Below are positions 48,104-58,934 of a stretch of 64,000 bases of DNA, in pieces. The stretch is from Candidatus Zixiibacteriota bacterium. GTDB taxonomy: Bacteria > Zixibacteria > MSB-5A5 > GN15 > JAAZOE01. Under the pieces are notes generated by a model. It was not told where the DNA came from, did not search any database, and saw only the letters and a program-made list of their open reading frames with translations. The stretch covers positions 64,001 to 128,000 of the forward strand of contig JBDREQ010000025.1 of NCBI GenBank assembly GCA_043819555.1. Direction: 5' to 3'. A program made the translations under genes and the position numbers. Within the stretch, counting starts at the first letter, position 1. Each line of letters begins with the position of its first letter.

Positions 48104-49225
48104 ATGGAAGCAGTGAAACAAGAAGCGACAATTATAGAAAACGGCATTAAACGTAAAAGTTTTTCGACTCGTAAATTCCGGTTTTGGGCGCAGGTTTTTT
48201 CTCTCGCAATAAGTATCTGGATGGGCGTGGAGTTTTATCTTTTCGTTCGATATCTGGAAGCCGGTAAAATTATGGGGATGGCTCCGACTCGCCCGCCGGG
48301 TGTGGAAGGATATTTGCCGATTTCAGGTCTGATATCTCTTCGGGACTGGTTTATCACCGGAGTCTTAAACAATATCCATCCGGCCTCGTTGATAATATTA
48401 CTCGCCATTATCTTAATTTCATTTGTCTTTAAGAAGAGTTTTTGTAGCTGGGTCTGTCCGGTCGGGTTTATATCGGAAATGATTGGCAATATCGGCGATT
48501 TTCTTGTGAACCAAAAGTATTTGCCTTTCAAGTTTTTGAAAAGTAAAAATGGAGAGAATGAAGAAAGCCCAATCCGATTAAAGCTGCACCCTTTTCTTGA
48601 TTATCCTTTACACTCGTTGAAATATCTGCTTCTGGCATTTTTTGTTTATGCCGTATTCTTCCAGATGTCAGCGGTCGATATTCGTCAGTTTGTTGAGTCA
48701 CCTTACAATAAAGTCGCTGACATTAAAATGATGAAGTTTTTCATCGACATTGACGCTTTTGGACTGTGGACAATAATAATTCTATTCGGTCTTTCGATTT
48801 TTCTGCGCGGATTCTGGTGCCGGTATCTCTGTCCGTACGGAGCCTTGGTTGGCCTGTTTTCATTGGCTGGTCCGGCTAGAATAAGACGCGAAGAAAATAT
48901 TTGCATTTCCTGCGGGAAATGTGCTCAGACGTGTCCGTCGTTTATAAAAGTAGATACGGTCAAACAGGTAGTATCAGATGAATGTTCAGGCTGCCTTGAC
49001 TGCGTTGATATCTGCCCGGCCAAAGGATCGTTGACTCTCGGCTTGACGGGATTGAAGAAAAGGATTTCGAAACGGGTCTGGGCGATTGGCCTGATAATTA
49101 TTTTTTGGGGGCTTTTGGCTGGGTTTAAGATGTTTGGGCCGTGGCAAAACTTGATTTCCACAGAAGAATATATGTATCATACAAAAAGGATGGAGAGCGG
49201 AGAATATGATCATCCGGGCAGGTGA
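48104..49225 (+). CDS. membrane 4Fe-4S protein, NapH/MauN/RdxA family
   Basis: FCSWVCPVG, WCRYLCPYG, two CxxCxxCxxxCP motifs, TM segments. Confidence 0.9.
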   Translation: MEAVKQEATIIENGIKRKSFSTRKFRFWAQVFSLAISIWMGVEFYLFVRYLEAGKIMGMAPTRPPGVEGYLPISGLISLRDWFITGVLNNIHPASLIILLAIILISFVFKKSFCSWVCPVGFISEMIGNIGDFLVNQKYLPFKFLKSKNGENEESPIRLKLHPFLDYPLHSLKYLLLAFFVYAVFFQMSAVDIRQFVESPYNKVADIKMMKFFIDIDAFGLWTIIILFGLSIFLRGFWCRYLCPYGALVGLFSLAGPARIRREENICISCGKCAQTCPSFIKVDTVKQVVSDECSGCLDCVDICPAKGSLTLGLTGLKKRISKRVWAIGLIIIFWGLLAGFKMFGPWQNLISTEEYMYHTKRMESGEYDHPGR

Positions 49226-49968
49226 ATATGACTGATTTCGCGGATATTGCGCCTTTCTATGATAAAATGACAGGTTACGCCAATCGATTGATCGGTGATT
49301 TCGGAACCATCAAACATCTCGTCAAGAAATTTAGTATTAAAAACGCGCTTGATGCCGGCTGCGGAAGCGGGGTACACAGTATAATTCTCTCTAAAATCGG
49401 AGTCGATACGATCGGTTTAGATTCCTCCAAACAGATGCTCGATATTGCCAGAGCCAACGCTTTGAAAGAAGGCGTTAAAATCCAATTTGAAAAGGGTTTT
49501 TTTGAATCAATGCCGAATGAATGGACCGGCAAATTTGATTCCGTGTTCTGTCTGGCTAATTCTCTGGTTGGGGCTGAAACTGACAAACGATTATCTCAGG
49601 CAATGAAATCATTTAACAGGGTATTGCGTCCCGGGGGCAAGATTATAATTCAATTGGTAAATATTTTGAAATACCGAAAAGAAAATAACCGGATTATCAA
49701 AGTGTCGTCTGTTGAAAACCTGACCTTTGTTCGGTTTTTTGATTTTGAAAAAGGATCGACTCGCCTTAATGTCCTTATAATTGAAAATGATACGGGGCAG
49801 ATTAAACATAAACTTATTTCGCAGCCGATTCTTCCGATAAGCGCTGAATTAATCCGTGATTCCGCCAAAATTGGCGGTTTTTTATTTTATGAGTTTTTCT
49901 CTGATTTATCCCTGACCGCTCCGTTTTCGGATGACTCCGACAATATGATCGTCGTTTTGACAAAATAG
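49222..49968 (+). CDS. class I SAM-dependent methyltransferase
   Basis: LDAGCGSG, FDSVFCLANSL, LRPGG. Confidence 0.9.
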   Translation: MNMTDFADIAPFYDKMTGYANRLIGDFGTIKHLVKKFSIKNALDAGCGSGVHSIILSKIGVDTIGLDSSKQMLDIARANALKEGVKIQFEKGFFESMPNEWTGKFDSVFCLANSLVGAETDKRLSQAMKSFNRVLRPGGKIIIQLVNILKYRKENNRIIKVSSVENLTFVRFFDFEKGSTRLNVLIIENDTGQIKHKLISQPILPISAELIRDSAKIGGFLFYEFFSDLSLTAPFSDDSDNMIVVLTK

Positions 49969-50080
49969 CTATATTTGGGCTCTATATTTTTCTTCAATTT
50001 AATCCGATAAAATTAATGATAATCTTGGACAAAGGTGTAACCACGCACGTCTGAAATTGAATGGCTGAAGGACTTTTGTT

Positions 50081-50800
50081 ATGATAGGTTTGATGGGCAG
50101 TCTTGAGGAAGAAATTGAACTCTTTTGCAGACACGCCAAAATTGAAAAAAAGTACAAATATGCCGGAATTGATTTCTATCGCGGAATGATAGATGATGAG
50201 CCGGCAGTTATAGTTCAATGTGGGATTGGGAAAGTGAATGCAGCTTTTTCAACTCAGATTTTACTAAAACGATTCGATATTGACAGAGTCGTATTGACCG
50301 GAGTGGCCGGTCCCCTGGTACCATATCTGCAACAGGGCGATATCGTAGCCGCCAATTATCTGATACAACATGATTCTGATCCGGCCGCTTTTGAGCTGCG
50401 CCAGGGTGAACGCACTTCGGCGGGACGGATGCTTGAAGCCGATCCAAGTATGCTAAGGAGAATGAATGAAGCCTATAATTCTACATATGGATGCCAAACC
50501 AATCGGCCCCAGATGGTCGTTGGCACCATAATTTCCGGACATATATTTATATCAGATAGAAAAACCATCGCTTTTCTTCATCGAGAATTCGGGGCTGTCG
50601 CGGCGGATTTGGAGGGAGCCGCGGTCGCTCATGTTTGCCAATTAAACTCTGTTCCTTTTATAGTGATTCGCACGATATCAGATGAGTCGTCCGGCAACGC
50701 CAATGGGCAGTTCAAAACGTTTCTTGATATGGCTCCGATCAATGTATTTGCCATGATAAGGAATTTCCTCGGGTCGGAAAAATTACAAGTTGTCGGCTGA
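50081..50800 (+). CDS. mtnN: 5'-methylthioadenosine/S-adenosylhomocysteine nucleosidase
   Basis: EEEI, GIGKVNAA, TGVAG, QHD, LEGAAVAHVC, IRTISD. Confidence 0.88.
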   Translation: MIGLMGSLEEEIELFCRHAKIEKKYKYAGIDFYRGMIDDEPAVIVQCGIGKVNAAFSTQILLKRFDIDRVVLTGVAGPLVPYLQQGDIVAANYLIQHDSDPAAFELRQGERTSAGRMLEADPSMLRRMNEAYNSTYGCQTNRPQMVVGTIISGHIFISDRKTIAFLHREFGAVAADLEGAAVAHVCQLNSVPFIVIRTISDESSGNANGQFKTFLDMAPINVFAMIRNFLGSEKLQVVG

Positions 50801-50947
50801 GAAAAATACTCTCTTTAAATTAATTTCAAAAATAATGAATCAGGCGGAAACAATCATGGGCAATTCCATGTTGACACAATTGAAACCAAAACTATATTAA
50901 GGTGTCATATCACAATGAACCGGCACATGCAGCCCTTGGGAGTTAAA

Positions 50948-53527
50948 ATGTTTAAGAAATTGTTTCTTGCCACCCTCACCACAGCAACATTAATTTTTTT
51001 CTCCGCCCATATATTTGCAGTAGCGCCTTCGCCTGAAATTCTTCAAAAGCTTAAAGATGAAGGCGAGTACGAACAGTTTTTGAATACCATTGCTTCAGCC
51101 CACGCCAAGGGTGTTGATGCCCCAACTGTAAACAGTAACGGCAAGTTGCGTTCCCCTCTGGCATCATTGTCAACAGTCAGGGCCTTAGTCATTCTGATTG
51201 ATTTTGACGATAAACCTTACACCGCCGGTTATACTGCCGGTACGCCGCAGGATTTTGATGAACTATTATTTTCAGAGGGAATTATACCGACCGGTTCCAT
51301 GCGGGAATACTATATTGAAAATTCCTACGGTGAAATATTTATGGAAGGCGACATTGCCGGGTGGTACCGAGCACCCCAATTTTCGGACTATTATGTAAAT
51401 TACTGCGACGGTTCTCATGGTTTTGGTGATTATCCCAATAATGCCCAAAAACTGGTAGAGGACGCCATAAATCTTGCCGACCCCGATATTGATTTCTCTC
51501 TTTACGATAATGATGGCGATGGCTGGGTTGATGCCCTGTTTATCGTTCATTCCGGAACCGGTTATGAAAATACCGGTAATCATTGCGAGATACATTCCCA
51601 CAAATGGGGAATCGGTACGGTTATGAAGGATGGAGTGAGGATTAGTACTTATTCAATGGAGCCGGAAGAAAGCCCCGGCAGCGGCGGCCTTATTCCCATC
51701 GGTGTTTATTGCCATGAACTGGGTCATGTTTTCGGACTACCCGATTTATATGATTATGATTATTCCACATCCGGTGTTGGCCGATGGTGCGTCATGGCCA
51801 CCGGAAGCTATAATGGCGGTTCCCGGACTCCGGCTCAATTTAGCGCCTGGTGTAAGGAACAGCTGGGTTGGGTAAATCCAGTAATTGTAAACGACAACTT
51901 GACCAATGTGGAAATACCAATGACGGTCTGGAATCCGGTATCATATAGACTCTGGGCGGGTGGAGCGATTGGTCCTGAATATTTTCTCGTAGAGAATAGG
52001 CAAAAACAAGGATATGACGCGGCTCTGCCGGGAGGCGGTATTTTAATCTGGCATATTGATGAAACGGTTAATACCGGCAATGATAATGAATGGCATAAAT
52101 TGGTGGCGTTAGAGCAAGCCGATGGGGATTTTGATCTTGAGAATGATAATAATTCCGGAGATATTTATGACCCGTACCCCAGTCCCGCCGGTGTAACTGA
52201 TTTCGGGGTGGGAACAGTCCCCAATTCCAATGATTATGATGATCAGGAAACACAGGTTGGAGTATGGGACATTTCTGCGTCTGATTCAATAATGACGGCC
52301 AATTTTGATATCATGTGGAATCGACCCAATCTCTTATTTCTCCAGACTAATTTTACCGATGGCGGTTACGGAGATGGAGATGGCGTTATTGAGCCGGGGG
52401 AAACAATATTACTTTTTGTCGAGGTGGAAAATATCTGGGCTGATGCGGAAGGAGTTGATCTGACGTTTTCTGTCAATGATCCGGCGATAATAATCAATGC
52501 TTCGTCCGTGACTCTTGGCGATATCCCTCACGGGGCGACAGCTGGAAATACCGGATTTCCGATATCATTCACCGTTCCGGAAAATTACAAACCGCGCATT
52601 GATACTTTCTTTTTTGAGTTTACCGGGAATACCGGCGCATATAGTCAAATTACGCCGATGCAGAAGAATGTCGGCTCCGACGGGGTATTGATTATCGATG
52701 ATGATAATGGCGATGATTATGAAAAGTATTACATCGATCATTTGACAGCAGAATTGCTTCCTTATGTAAACCTTGATAAAACAACTTCTCCGGTAACCGG
52801 AGCAATTCTGGCCAAACATAATACCGTAGTATGGTTTACCGGCGCATATCAGGCGAACCCTCTATCAGTCAATGATATTTCGGCTTTGAAATATTTTATG
52901 GATAACGGCGGAAATCTTTTCCTTACCGGGCAGGGAATAGCGGCTCAGTTGGCGATCCTTGATAATAACTTTCTGACCAATTATCTTCGGGTCGAATATG
53001 TATCAACTTCAATGATTCCACCGGTTATACCTAATACGGGCGGCCAGGTTCTGAATGAGCTGGATACTTTGAACATTCATGGATTTATGGGCGCCAGCAA
53101 TCAATCCAGCCCGGATCATCTTAATGCCGTCAATAGCGGCGTGGTTGAGGCCAATTATGTAATTACCGAGCTGGCAGCAGCTGTTTCATATTCCGGTGAC
53201 TATAAATCAGTGTTTTTCGGTTTCGGATTAGAAGGTATCGGCGAGGACGATACTCGATTTGCCAAACGCTCAGATGTGCTCATGAAAGTTTTGGAATTCC
53301 TGGGCGAAATTAATAATTATGTCCCTGGAGATGCCAATGCAGACGGTTCTGCCAATGTTGGCGATGCTGTTTATATAATTAATCACGCATTTAAAAGCGG
53401 CCCTGCCCCGGTGCCGCCTGAGGCCGGTGATGCGAATGGAGATTGCGGCGTTAATGTCGGCGATGCCGTTTATTTGATAAACTTTGTCTTTAAGGATGGC
53501 CCGGTTCCTTTACCCGGGTGTAATTAA
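50948..53527 (+). CDS. secreted M6 (immune inhibitor A-like) metalloprotease with C-terminal dockerin
   Basis: Signal peptide; CHELGHVFGLPDLY; EYFLVENR; duplicated GDAN.D...NVGDAVY.IN..FK.GP.P. Confidence 0.92.
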   Translation: MFKKLFLATLTTATLIFFSAHIFAVAPSPEILQKLKDEGEYEQFLNTIASAHAKGVDAPTVNSNGKLRSPLASLSTVRALVILIDFDDKPYTAGYTAGTPQDFDELLFSEGIIPTGSMREYYIENSYGEIFMEGDIAGWYRAPQFSDYYVNYCDGSHGFGDYPNNAQKLVEDAINLADPDIDFSLYDNDGDGWVDALFIVHSGTGYENTGNHCEIHSHKWGIGTVMKDGVRISTYSMEPEESPGSGGLIPIGVYCHELGHVFGLPDLYDYDYSTSGVGRWCVMATGSYNGGSRTPAQFSAWCKEQLGWVNPVIVNDNLTNVEIPMTVWNPVSYRLWAGGAIGPEYFLVENRQKQGYDAALPGGGILIWHIDETVNTGNDNEWHKLVALEQADGDFDLENDNNSGDIYDPYPSPAGVTDFGVGTVPNSNDYDDQETQVGVWDISASDSIMTANFDIMWNRPNLLFLQTNFTDGGYGDGDGVIEPGETILLFVEVENIWADAEGVDLTFSVNDPAIIINASSVTLGDIPHGATAGNTGFPISFTVPENYKPRIDTFFFEFTGNTGAYSQITPMQKNVGSDGVLIIDDDNGDDYEKYYIDHLTAELLPYVNLDKTTSPVTGAILAKHNTVVWFTGAYQANPLSVNDISALKYFMDNGGNLFLTGQGIAAQLAILDNNFLTNYLRVEYVSTSMIPPVIPNTGGQVLNELDTLNIHGFMGASNQSSPDHLNAVNSGVVEANYVITELAAAVSYSGDYKSVFFGFGLEGIGEDDTRFAKRSDVLMKVLEFLGEINNYVPGDANADGSANVGDAVYIINHAFKSGPAPVPPEAGDANGDCGVNVGDAVYLINFVFKDGPVPLPGCN

Positions 53528-53532
53528 ACTCC

Positions 53533-53560
53533 AAAAGGCGGGCAATTGGTCCGCCTTTTT
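53533..53560. terminator. bidirectional intrinsic terminator
   Basis: AAAAGGCGG-N9-CCGCCTTTTT. Confidence 0.8.
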
Positions 53561-53667
53561 ATTATCCGCATAACTCAATTCTCTTTTGTTCTTGAAAACG
53601 ATAGCTGTATTTGTTATAATCGCTTACGCTTTAGTTTCGTAGCATATTATAAATTGGGGAGATTATT

Positions 53668-54618
53668 ATGGCTTTCAATAAAGTTGATAAAATATGGATG
53701 AATGGGAAATTGGTCGATTGGGATGATGCCAGGATTCATGTCCTGTCACATGTAGTCCATTATGGTTCATCAGTATTTGAGGGAGAACGAGTTTATAAGA
53801 CATCCAAAGGTCCGGCTTGTTTTCGCATGTACGAGCACACCGACCGATTGTTTAATTCCGCCAAAATTTATCGCATGGAAATTCCATTCACTAAAGATGA
53901 GATTAATCAAGCCCGCCTTGATCTTATTAGAGTCAATAAACTTGACGCCTGTTATGTTCGGCCACTGGTTTATCGCGGGTACGAAAACCTGGGTGTGGAT
54001 CCGGGTACATGCCCGATTGATGTCGCTATCGCGGTATGGCCCTGGGGTAAGTATCTTGGGGAAGATGCCCTCGAAAAAGGCGTTTCTGTATGCGTCTCAT
54101 CATGGACGCGGCCAGCCGGGAATACTTTTCCGATGATGGCCAAATCAGGCGCCAATTACGCCAATTCACAGCTAATCAAGATGGAGGCGACTCGGCGCGG
54201 ATACGCCGAGGGAGTAGCGCTCGATGTCAATGGCATGGTCTCCGAAGGTTCGGCGCAAAATATATTTATCTTCTGGCGTAATGTTCTGTACACGCCATCC
54301 TTCTGCAATTCGATATTACCGGGAATAACTCGAGATACCGTTATCACAATGGCAAAAGATATGGGAGTAAAAGTTGTCGAGACGCCGATTCCGAGAGAAA
54401 TGCTATATATGGCCGATGAGGTTTTCTTTACCGGTTCTGCCGTTGAAGTCACTCCGATTTCCAAAATAGATGATATTGAAATCGGTTCCGGGCGCGCCGG
54501 GGAATTGACCCTTGCTCTGCAAAAAAAGTACTTTGATATCGTTGAGGGTCGAATCGAAGATAAACATAACTGGCTGACCTTTGTCAATCAGCCGGAATCA
54601 GTAAAACATCAGGTGTAA
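53668..54618 (+). CDS. ilvE: branched-chain amino acid aminotransferase
   Basis: HYGSSVFEG, YVRP, AKSGANY, EGSAQN, LPGITR, ADEVF.TGSA.EVTP. Confidence 0.95.
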   Translation: MAFNKVDKIWMNGKLVDWDDARIHVLSHVVHYGSSVFEGERVYKTSKGPACFRMYEHTDRLFNSAKIYRMEIPFTKDEINQARLDLIRVNKLDACYVRPLVYRGYENLGVDPGTCPIDVAIAVWPWGKYLGEDALEKGVSVCVSSWTRPAGNTFPMMAKSGANYANSQLIKMEATRRGYAEGVALDVNGMVSEGSAQNIFIFWRNVLYTPSFCNSILPGITRDTVITMAKDMGVKVVETPIPREMLYMADEVFFTGSAVEVTPISKIDDIEIGSGRAGELTLALQKKYFDIVEGRIEDKHNWLTFVNQPESVKHQV

Positions 54619-54620
54619 CT

Positions 54621-55079
54621 ATGAAGATAGCGATTGGTTCAGACCATGCAGGCTTTGAGTTAAAGGAAAAGGTTAAAGAAATACTTGAAGAATGGAACCA
54701 TGATATAATTGACTTTGGCACTGACTCGACAGATTCGGTTGACTATTCCGACTATGCCATAAAAGTCGCCCAGGCGGTTGCGGCAGGTGATGTTGAGCGC
54801 GGCATAGCGATTTGCTGGACGGGAAATGGAATGACAATCGCGGCTAACAAAGTTGAAGGAATACGCGCTACATTGGGGCTGAATCCCGATATGGCCATGT
54901 TATCGCGAGCGCATAATAATTCCAACGTATTGACACTTGCCTCAAAGTACTTATTAGAAGGTGAATTACGAGAGATACTTAAAGTATGGCTTGAAACTGA
55001 ATTTGAGGCCGGTCGACATACCAGACGTTTGTCGAAAATTCCAAATTCAGGCATGACGGAAAGCAAGACGGAGAAATAA
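54621..55079 (+). CDS. rpiB: ribose-5-phosphate isomerase B
   Basis: GSDHAG, DY, ICWTGNGM..AANK, R.HNN.N, GRH.RR. Confidence 0.95.
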   Translation: MKIAIGSDHAGFELKEKVKEILEEWNHDIIDFGTDSTDSVDYSDYAIKVAQAVAAGDVERGIAICWTGNGMTIAANKVEGIRATLGLNPDMAMLSRAHNNSNVLTLASKYLLEGELREILKVWLETEFEAGRHTRRLSKIPNSGMTESKTEK

Positions 55080-56345
55080 ATGATGTCTCATATAAAAAAT
55101 ACTGATCCAGAGCTTTATGATGCGCTTACGTCGGAAGCCAAAAGGCAAGCTTTTAAACTCGAACTGATCGCCAGCGAAAATTTCGTTTCCGAGGCAGTCC
55201 TTGAAGCCGCCGGCGGAATAATGACCAACAAATATGCAGAAGGTTATCCGGGAAAAAGATATTACGGCGGATGTGAGCACGTCGATGTCGCTGAAAACCT
55301 GGCCCGCGATCGGGCGAAGGAATTATTTGGGGCCGAACATGTCAACGTTCAGCCTCATTCGGGTTCTCAGGCGAATATGGCCGTTTATTTTTCTGTTTTA
55401 AATCCTGGCGATACAGTGATGGGGCTCGATCTTTCTCACGGCGGCCATTTAACCCATGGCCATCCCATTAATTTTACAGGCCGATTATACAATATCGTTT
55501 CCTATCAGGTTGATCCCCTGACAGAAGTAATTGATTATGATGCCTTGAAAAAGCAGGTTGTCGAGGTCAGACCCAAATTGATTGTTGCGGGAGCTTCGGC
55601 CTATCCTCGCGCTCTCGATTTTGAGAAATTCCGGGAAGCAGCTGATTCGGTCGGTGCTTACCTGATGGTTGATATCGCTCATATCGCCGGTTTGATTGTT
55701 GCCGGTTTGCATCCATCGCCGGTTCCGTTTGCGGATTTTGTAACGACTACGACTCATAAGACGCTGCGCGGACCGCGGGGAGGGATGATCCTGTGCAAAG
55801 AAAAATACGCGGAAGAATTGGATAAAACTGTTATGCCGGGCATTCAGGGCGGACCTTTGATGCATATTATTGCCGCCAAAGCAGTCGCTTTCAAGGAAGC
55901 CATGACTGATGAATTCAAAATTTATCAAAAACAGATCGTTGCCAACGCCGCTGTGTTGGCTCAATCTTTGATGGATAAGGGTATCAAACTGGTCTCTGGC
56001 GGAACAGATACGCATTTAATGCTGATGTCGTTTATCGGTCAGAATCAGGACGACGGCAAAAAAATTACCGGTAAAATGGTCGAGCGGGCTTTGGATCAAG
56101 CCAATATTACCGCCAATAAAAATACGGTGCCGTTTGATCCTGCCAAGCCGTTTGTGACTTCGGGAGTCCGGTTGGGAACTCCGGCGATAACAACGCGGGG
56201 TATGAAAGAGCCCGAGATGGAACAGATTGCCGGATTTATTGCCCGGGTTGTGGATAATCTTGGAGATAAAGAAATATATGCTGCTGTTGCCGAAGATGTC
56301 GTGCAATTATGCTCGAAATATCCGCTATATGTTGAAAGACAATAA
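55080..56345 (+). CDS. glyA: serine hydroxymethyltransferase
   Basis: [42 protein letters not shown]. Confidence 0.97.
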   Translation: MMSHIKNTDPELYDALTSEAKRQAFKLELIASENFVSEAVLEAAGGIMTNKYAEGYPGKRYYGGCEHVDVAENLARDRAKELFGAEHVNVQPHSGSQANMAVYFSVLNPGDTVMGLDLSHGGHLTHGHPINFTGRLYNIVSYQVDPLTEVIDYDALKKQVVEVRPKLIVAGASAYPRALDFEKFREAADSVGAYLMVDIAHIAGLIVAGLHPSPVPFADFVTTTTHKTLRGPRGGMILCKEKYAEELDKTVMPGIQGGPLMHIIAAKAVAFKEAMTDEFKIYQKQIVANAAVLAQSLMDKGIKLVSGGTDTHLMLMSFIGQNQDDGKKITGKMVERALDQANITANKNTVPFDPAKPFVTSGVRLGTPAITTRGMKEPEMEQIAGFIARVVDNLGDKEIYAAVAEDVVQLCSKYPLYVERQ

Positions 56346-56404
56346 TAACAGACTGGAGTTTACTGCGTATCAATAGGTAGTTTGATAAAAAGGAGAATTA
56401 TAAA

Positions 56405-56710
56405 ATGATCGCGCAGTTTACTATATTCCCGGTCGGAGCCAAAGAATCTTTATCAAAAGATGTTGCGAAAATACTTGACATTATCGATAAATCTGGCCTT
56501 ACTTACCGCTTCGCCTCAATGTCAACTATGGTCGAGGGAAACTGGGATGAGGTGATGGCTCTAATTAAGAAATGCCGTAACAGCATGAGGAGAGCACATA
56601 ATCGGATTTATCTCTCGATAACGATTGATGACCGCAAGGGTGCTCGCAAAAGGCTGAATGGAAAAGTTGAAAGTGTTGAGTACATCTTAAATAGAAAGCT
56701 GCAGAAATGA
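56405..56710 (+). CDS. MTH1187/YkoF family thiamine-binding protein
   Basis: IFPVG...SLS, SGL.Y....MST.VEG.WDE, IDDR, KVESV. Confidence 0.88.
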   Translation: MIAQFTIFPVGAKESLSKDVAKILDIIDKSGLTYRFASMSTMVEGNWDEVMALIKKCRNSMRRAHNRIYLSITIDDRKGARKRLNGKVESVEYILNRKLQK

Positions 56711-57177
56711 GCGAATACCGCATTAGTTATATCACCGTACCGGTGGAAGTCGCCGAGCAGATTGCTCAAACTCTGGTTAAGGAAGAGCTGGCGGCCTGTG
56801 TTAACATTATCGATCAAATGCTGTCAATTTATCGCTGGGAAGGCCAGGTTGAAAAGGCGCATGAATCTTTGCTGATCGTTAAATTCATGTCTGAAAAAAC
56901 CGACGAGCTAATCCAGCGCGTTCGTGAAATTCATCCATACGAGGTTCCTGAATTTATTGCTTTTGACATCACCGCCGGAAATCCTGATTATCTCGATTGG
57001 CTGTCCGGAAAAGAAATCAATATTGATGATCTTGAAATTGACGATGAGGATCTTGATCTTGATGAAGATGAGGACGAAGAAGTAGAGGACGACGAGGATT
57101 CGGGCGACGAAGAAGAGGGCGAGAAAGCTACTGAGGTTATTGAAGAAGAGGAAGGCGAGAAAAAAGAAGACGAATAA
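56707..57177 (+). CDS. cutA: CutA divalent-cation tolerance protein with acidic tail
   Basis: LAACVN, SIYRWEG, HPYEVPE, GNPDYL.W followed by ~55 D/E-rich residues. Confidence 0.9.
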   Translation: MSEYRISYITVPVEVAEQIAQTLVKEELAACVNIIDQMLSIYRWEGQVEKAHESLLIVKFMSEKTDELIQRVREIHPYEVPEFIAFDITAGNPDYLDWLSGKEINIDDLEIDDEDLDLDEDEDEEVEDDEDSGDEEEGEKATEVIEEEEGEKKEDE

Positions 57178-57461
57178 CCGGGTTTTCGCGTGGTCGCCGG
57201 CAGTTTTCTTATTTACCTAACATGTTGAAAAGTTAATCAATAATCTTCCTGCATTTAATGCCGGATAGAATATTCTCGGCAGCGCCTTGCCGGGCTATAT
57301 TACTGTTAGAAATAATTCGATACACACCTCTATAAGTGCCAAACCAAACAGTATGTTAAAACGTCCGCGGTCGTTTGATTTTGAAATTATGGTTGCGTAA
57401 TCCATTTTTATCATATACAATTCGATTCGCGCATAATATTAAGTAAGGCAGCAAAAACTAT

Positions 57462-57911
57462 ATGAAGTGTCCCTTCTGCAGTCATGAAGAAAACAAGGTT
57501 GTCGATTCTCGGCCGGTGCAGGACGGCCGCGCTGTCAGGCGCCGCCGGGAATGCCTGCAATGCGCGGAACGGTTTACAACTTACGAATATATCGAAGCGG
57601 TGACATTGACGGTCGTCAAATCCGATGATACGCGCGAGGCGTTCGACCGCAATAAAATAATTCATGGCATCAAACTGGCCTGCAACAAACGGCCGATAGG
57701 CTCCGAGAAAATCGAGGCGATGGTTTCCGAAATAGAAACATCTTTGCAGGAGTTGTCCCGAAACGAAGTCACCTCAAAATATATCGGCGAGATAATAATG
57801 GATAAACTCAAAGAAGTGGATGAAATCGCTTATGTTCGTTTCGCGTCGGTTTACCGCAAATTCGCCGATACCACCGAATTCCTCGAAGAAATTAAGAAGC
57901 TTCTAAAGTAA
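57462..57911 (+). CDS. nrdR: transcriptional repressor NrdR
   Basis: CPFC, VVDSR, RRRRECxxC, RFTTYE, ATP-cone, AYVRFASVY. Confidence 0.97.
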   Translation: MKCPFCSHEENKVVDSRPVQDGRAVRRRRECLQCAERFTTYEYIEAVTLTVVKSDDTREAFDRNKIIHGIKLACNKRPIGSEKIEAMVSEIETSLQELSRNEVTSKYIGEIIMDKLKEVDEIAYVRFASVYRKFADTTEFLEEIKKLLK

Positions 57912-58235
57912 AAACTCTGTGCAAGCCTGTAAATGGGTTTGTTTCCTCAGATTAACGTTTTGGGTCATATCAAATCAGTGGTGATTACGAATCACTTTTG
58001 AAATGCCATATCGAATTTAATTGTAATTTGCATTATTGGCCTTACCATTTTTAGTTACTCTCACATTAATTGGTAAGTCCATAATTAACGTCCATCTTGA
58101 AGGAAAAATGTGATTGCGATTATTGAATAAATGGTCTATTATTAAATGCATTTGATGAAAACGCTGGAGTGGCGAGTGATATATCTTTTTCCACCTCTAT
58201 AGCCGGGGAGTATCGTAAACTATGAGAATAATGCA

Positions 58236-58882
58236 ATGCCGAAAAATCAAATAACTCGGATAATTGGAATTGATCCTTATAATTGTTCGTTCAATGATCT
58301 TCATAAGATAATATCGAAACTGCATGATGGCAAAAGGGCAAAGCTTTTCCGTTTTTGCCAAAGATGTTTAATTGAGTCAGACATAGGAATAAATGAAGAG
58401 AAGCATGTAGTCATGGTGAGATTTTTAATGGCATTGTTGCCAGAATCCCTTGACGAAATATTAAATCTTTTGCAGAGCATGTATGATCGGACAACATATG
58501 AAATTCACTTTACAGTGTTTTGCTATCTTGACAGAGTATTGGATATATGTAAATCAAAACGAGTGTTGAATAAGATTCTCGTTACAATCTCAGAATACTT
58601 CCTAATTATCGAGACAAATACAGCATCAGCGGCATGGATGGCTGGTGATTTATTGGGTGACCATTGGCTAACAAATGAAACGTTTAAAATTTTACTAAAT
58701 TCCGCTAAACGGGCCAGGTTTGTTCCGGGTAGAATGGGAGCCTTGCATGGATTACAAATGAGATTAGAAAATTCATCATTAAATCATAAACAAATCATAA
58801 GTTATATAATGCACTAAAACTAATTTCCAAATCAGACAGAAGCGCATCGGTGCGACTATTCGCAAAAAACTTGTTGAGTTGA
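58236..58882 (+). CDS. AT-rich helical hypothetical protein; ORF stops at 58817, probable frameshifted tail to 58882
   Basis: 193-aa ORF; the alternative frame continues YNALKLISKSDRSASVRLFAKNLLS*. Confidence 0.55.
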
Positions 58883-58934
58883 TTTCATATTTGATTGGCT
58901 GAAGCACCCTGGGCTTCAGCCCTGTAAAATTATC

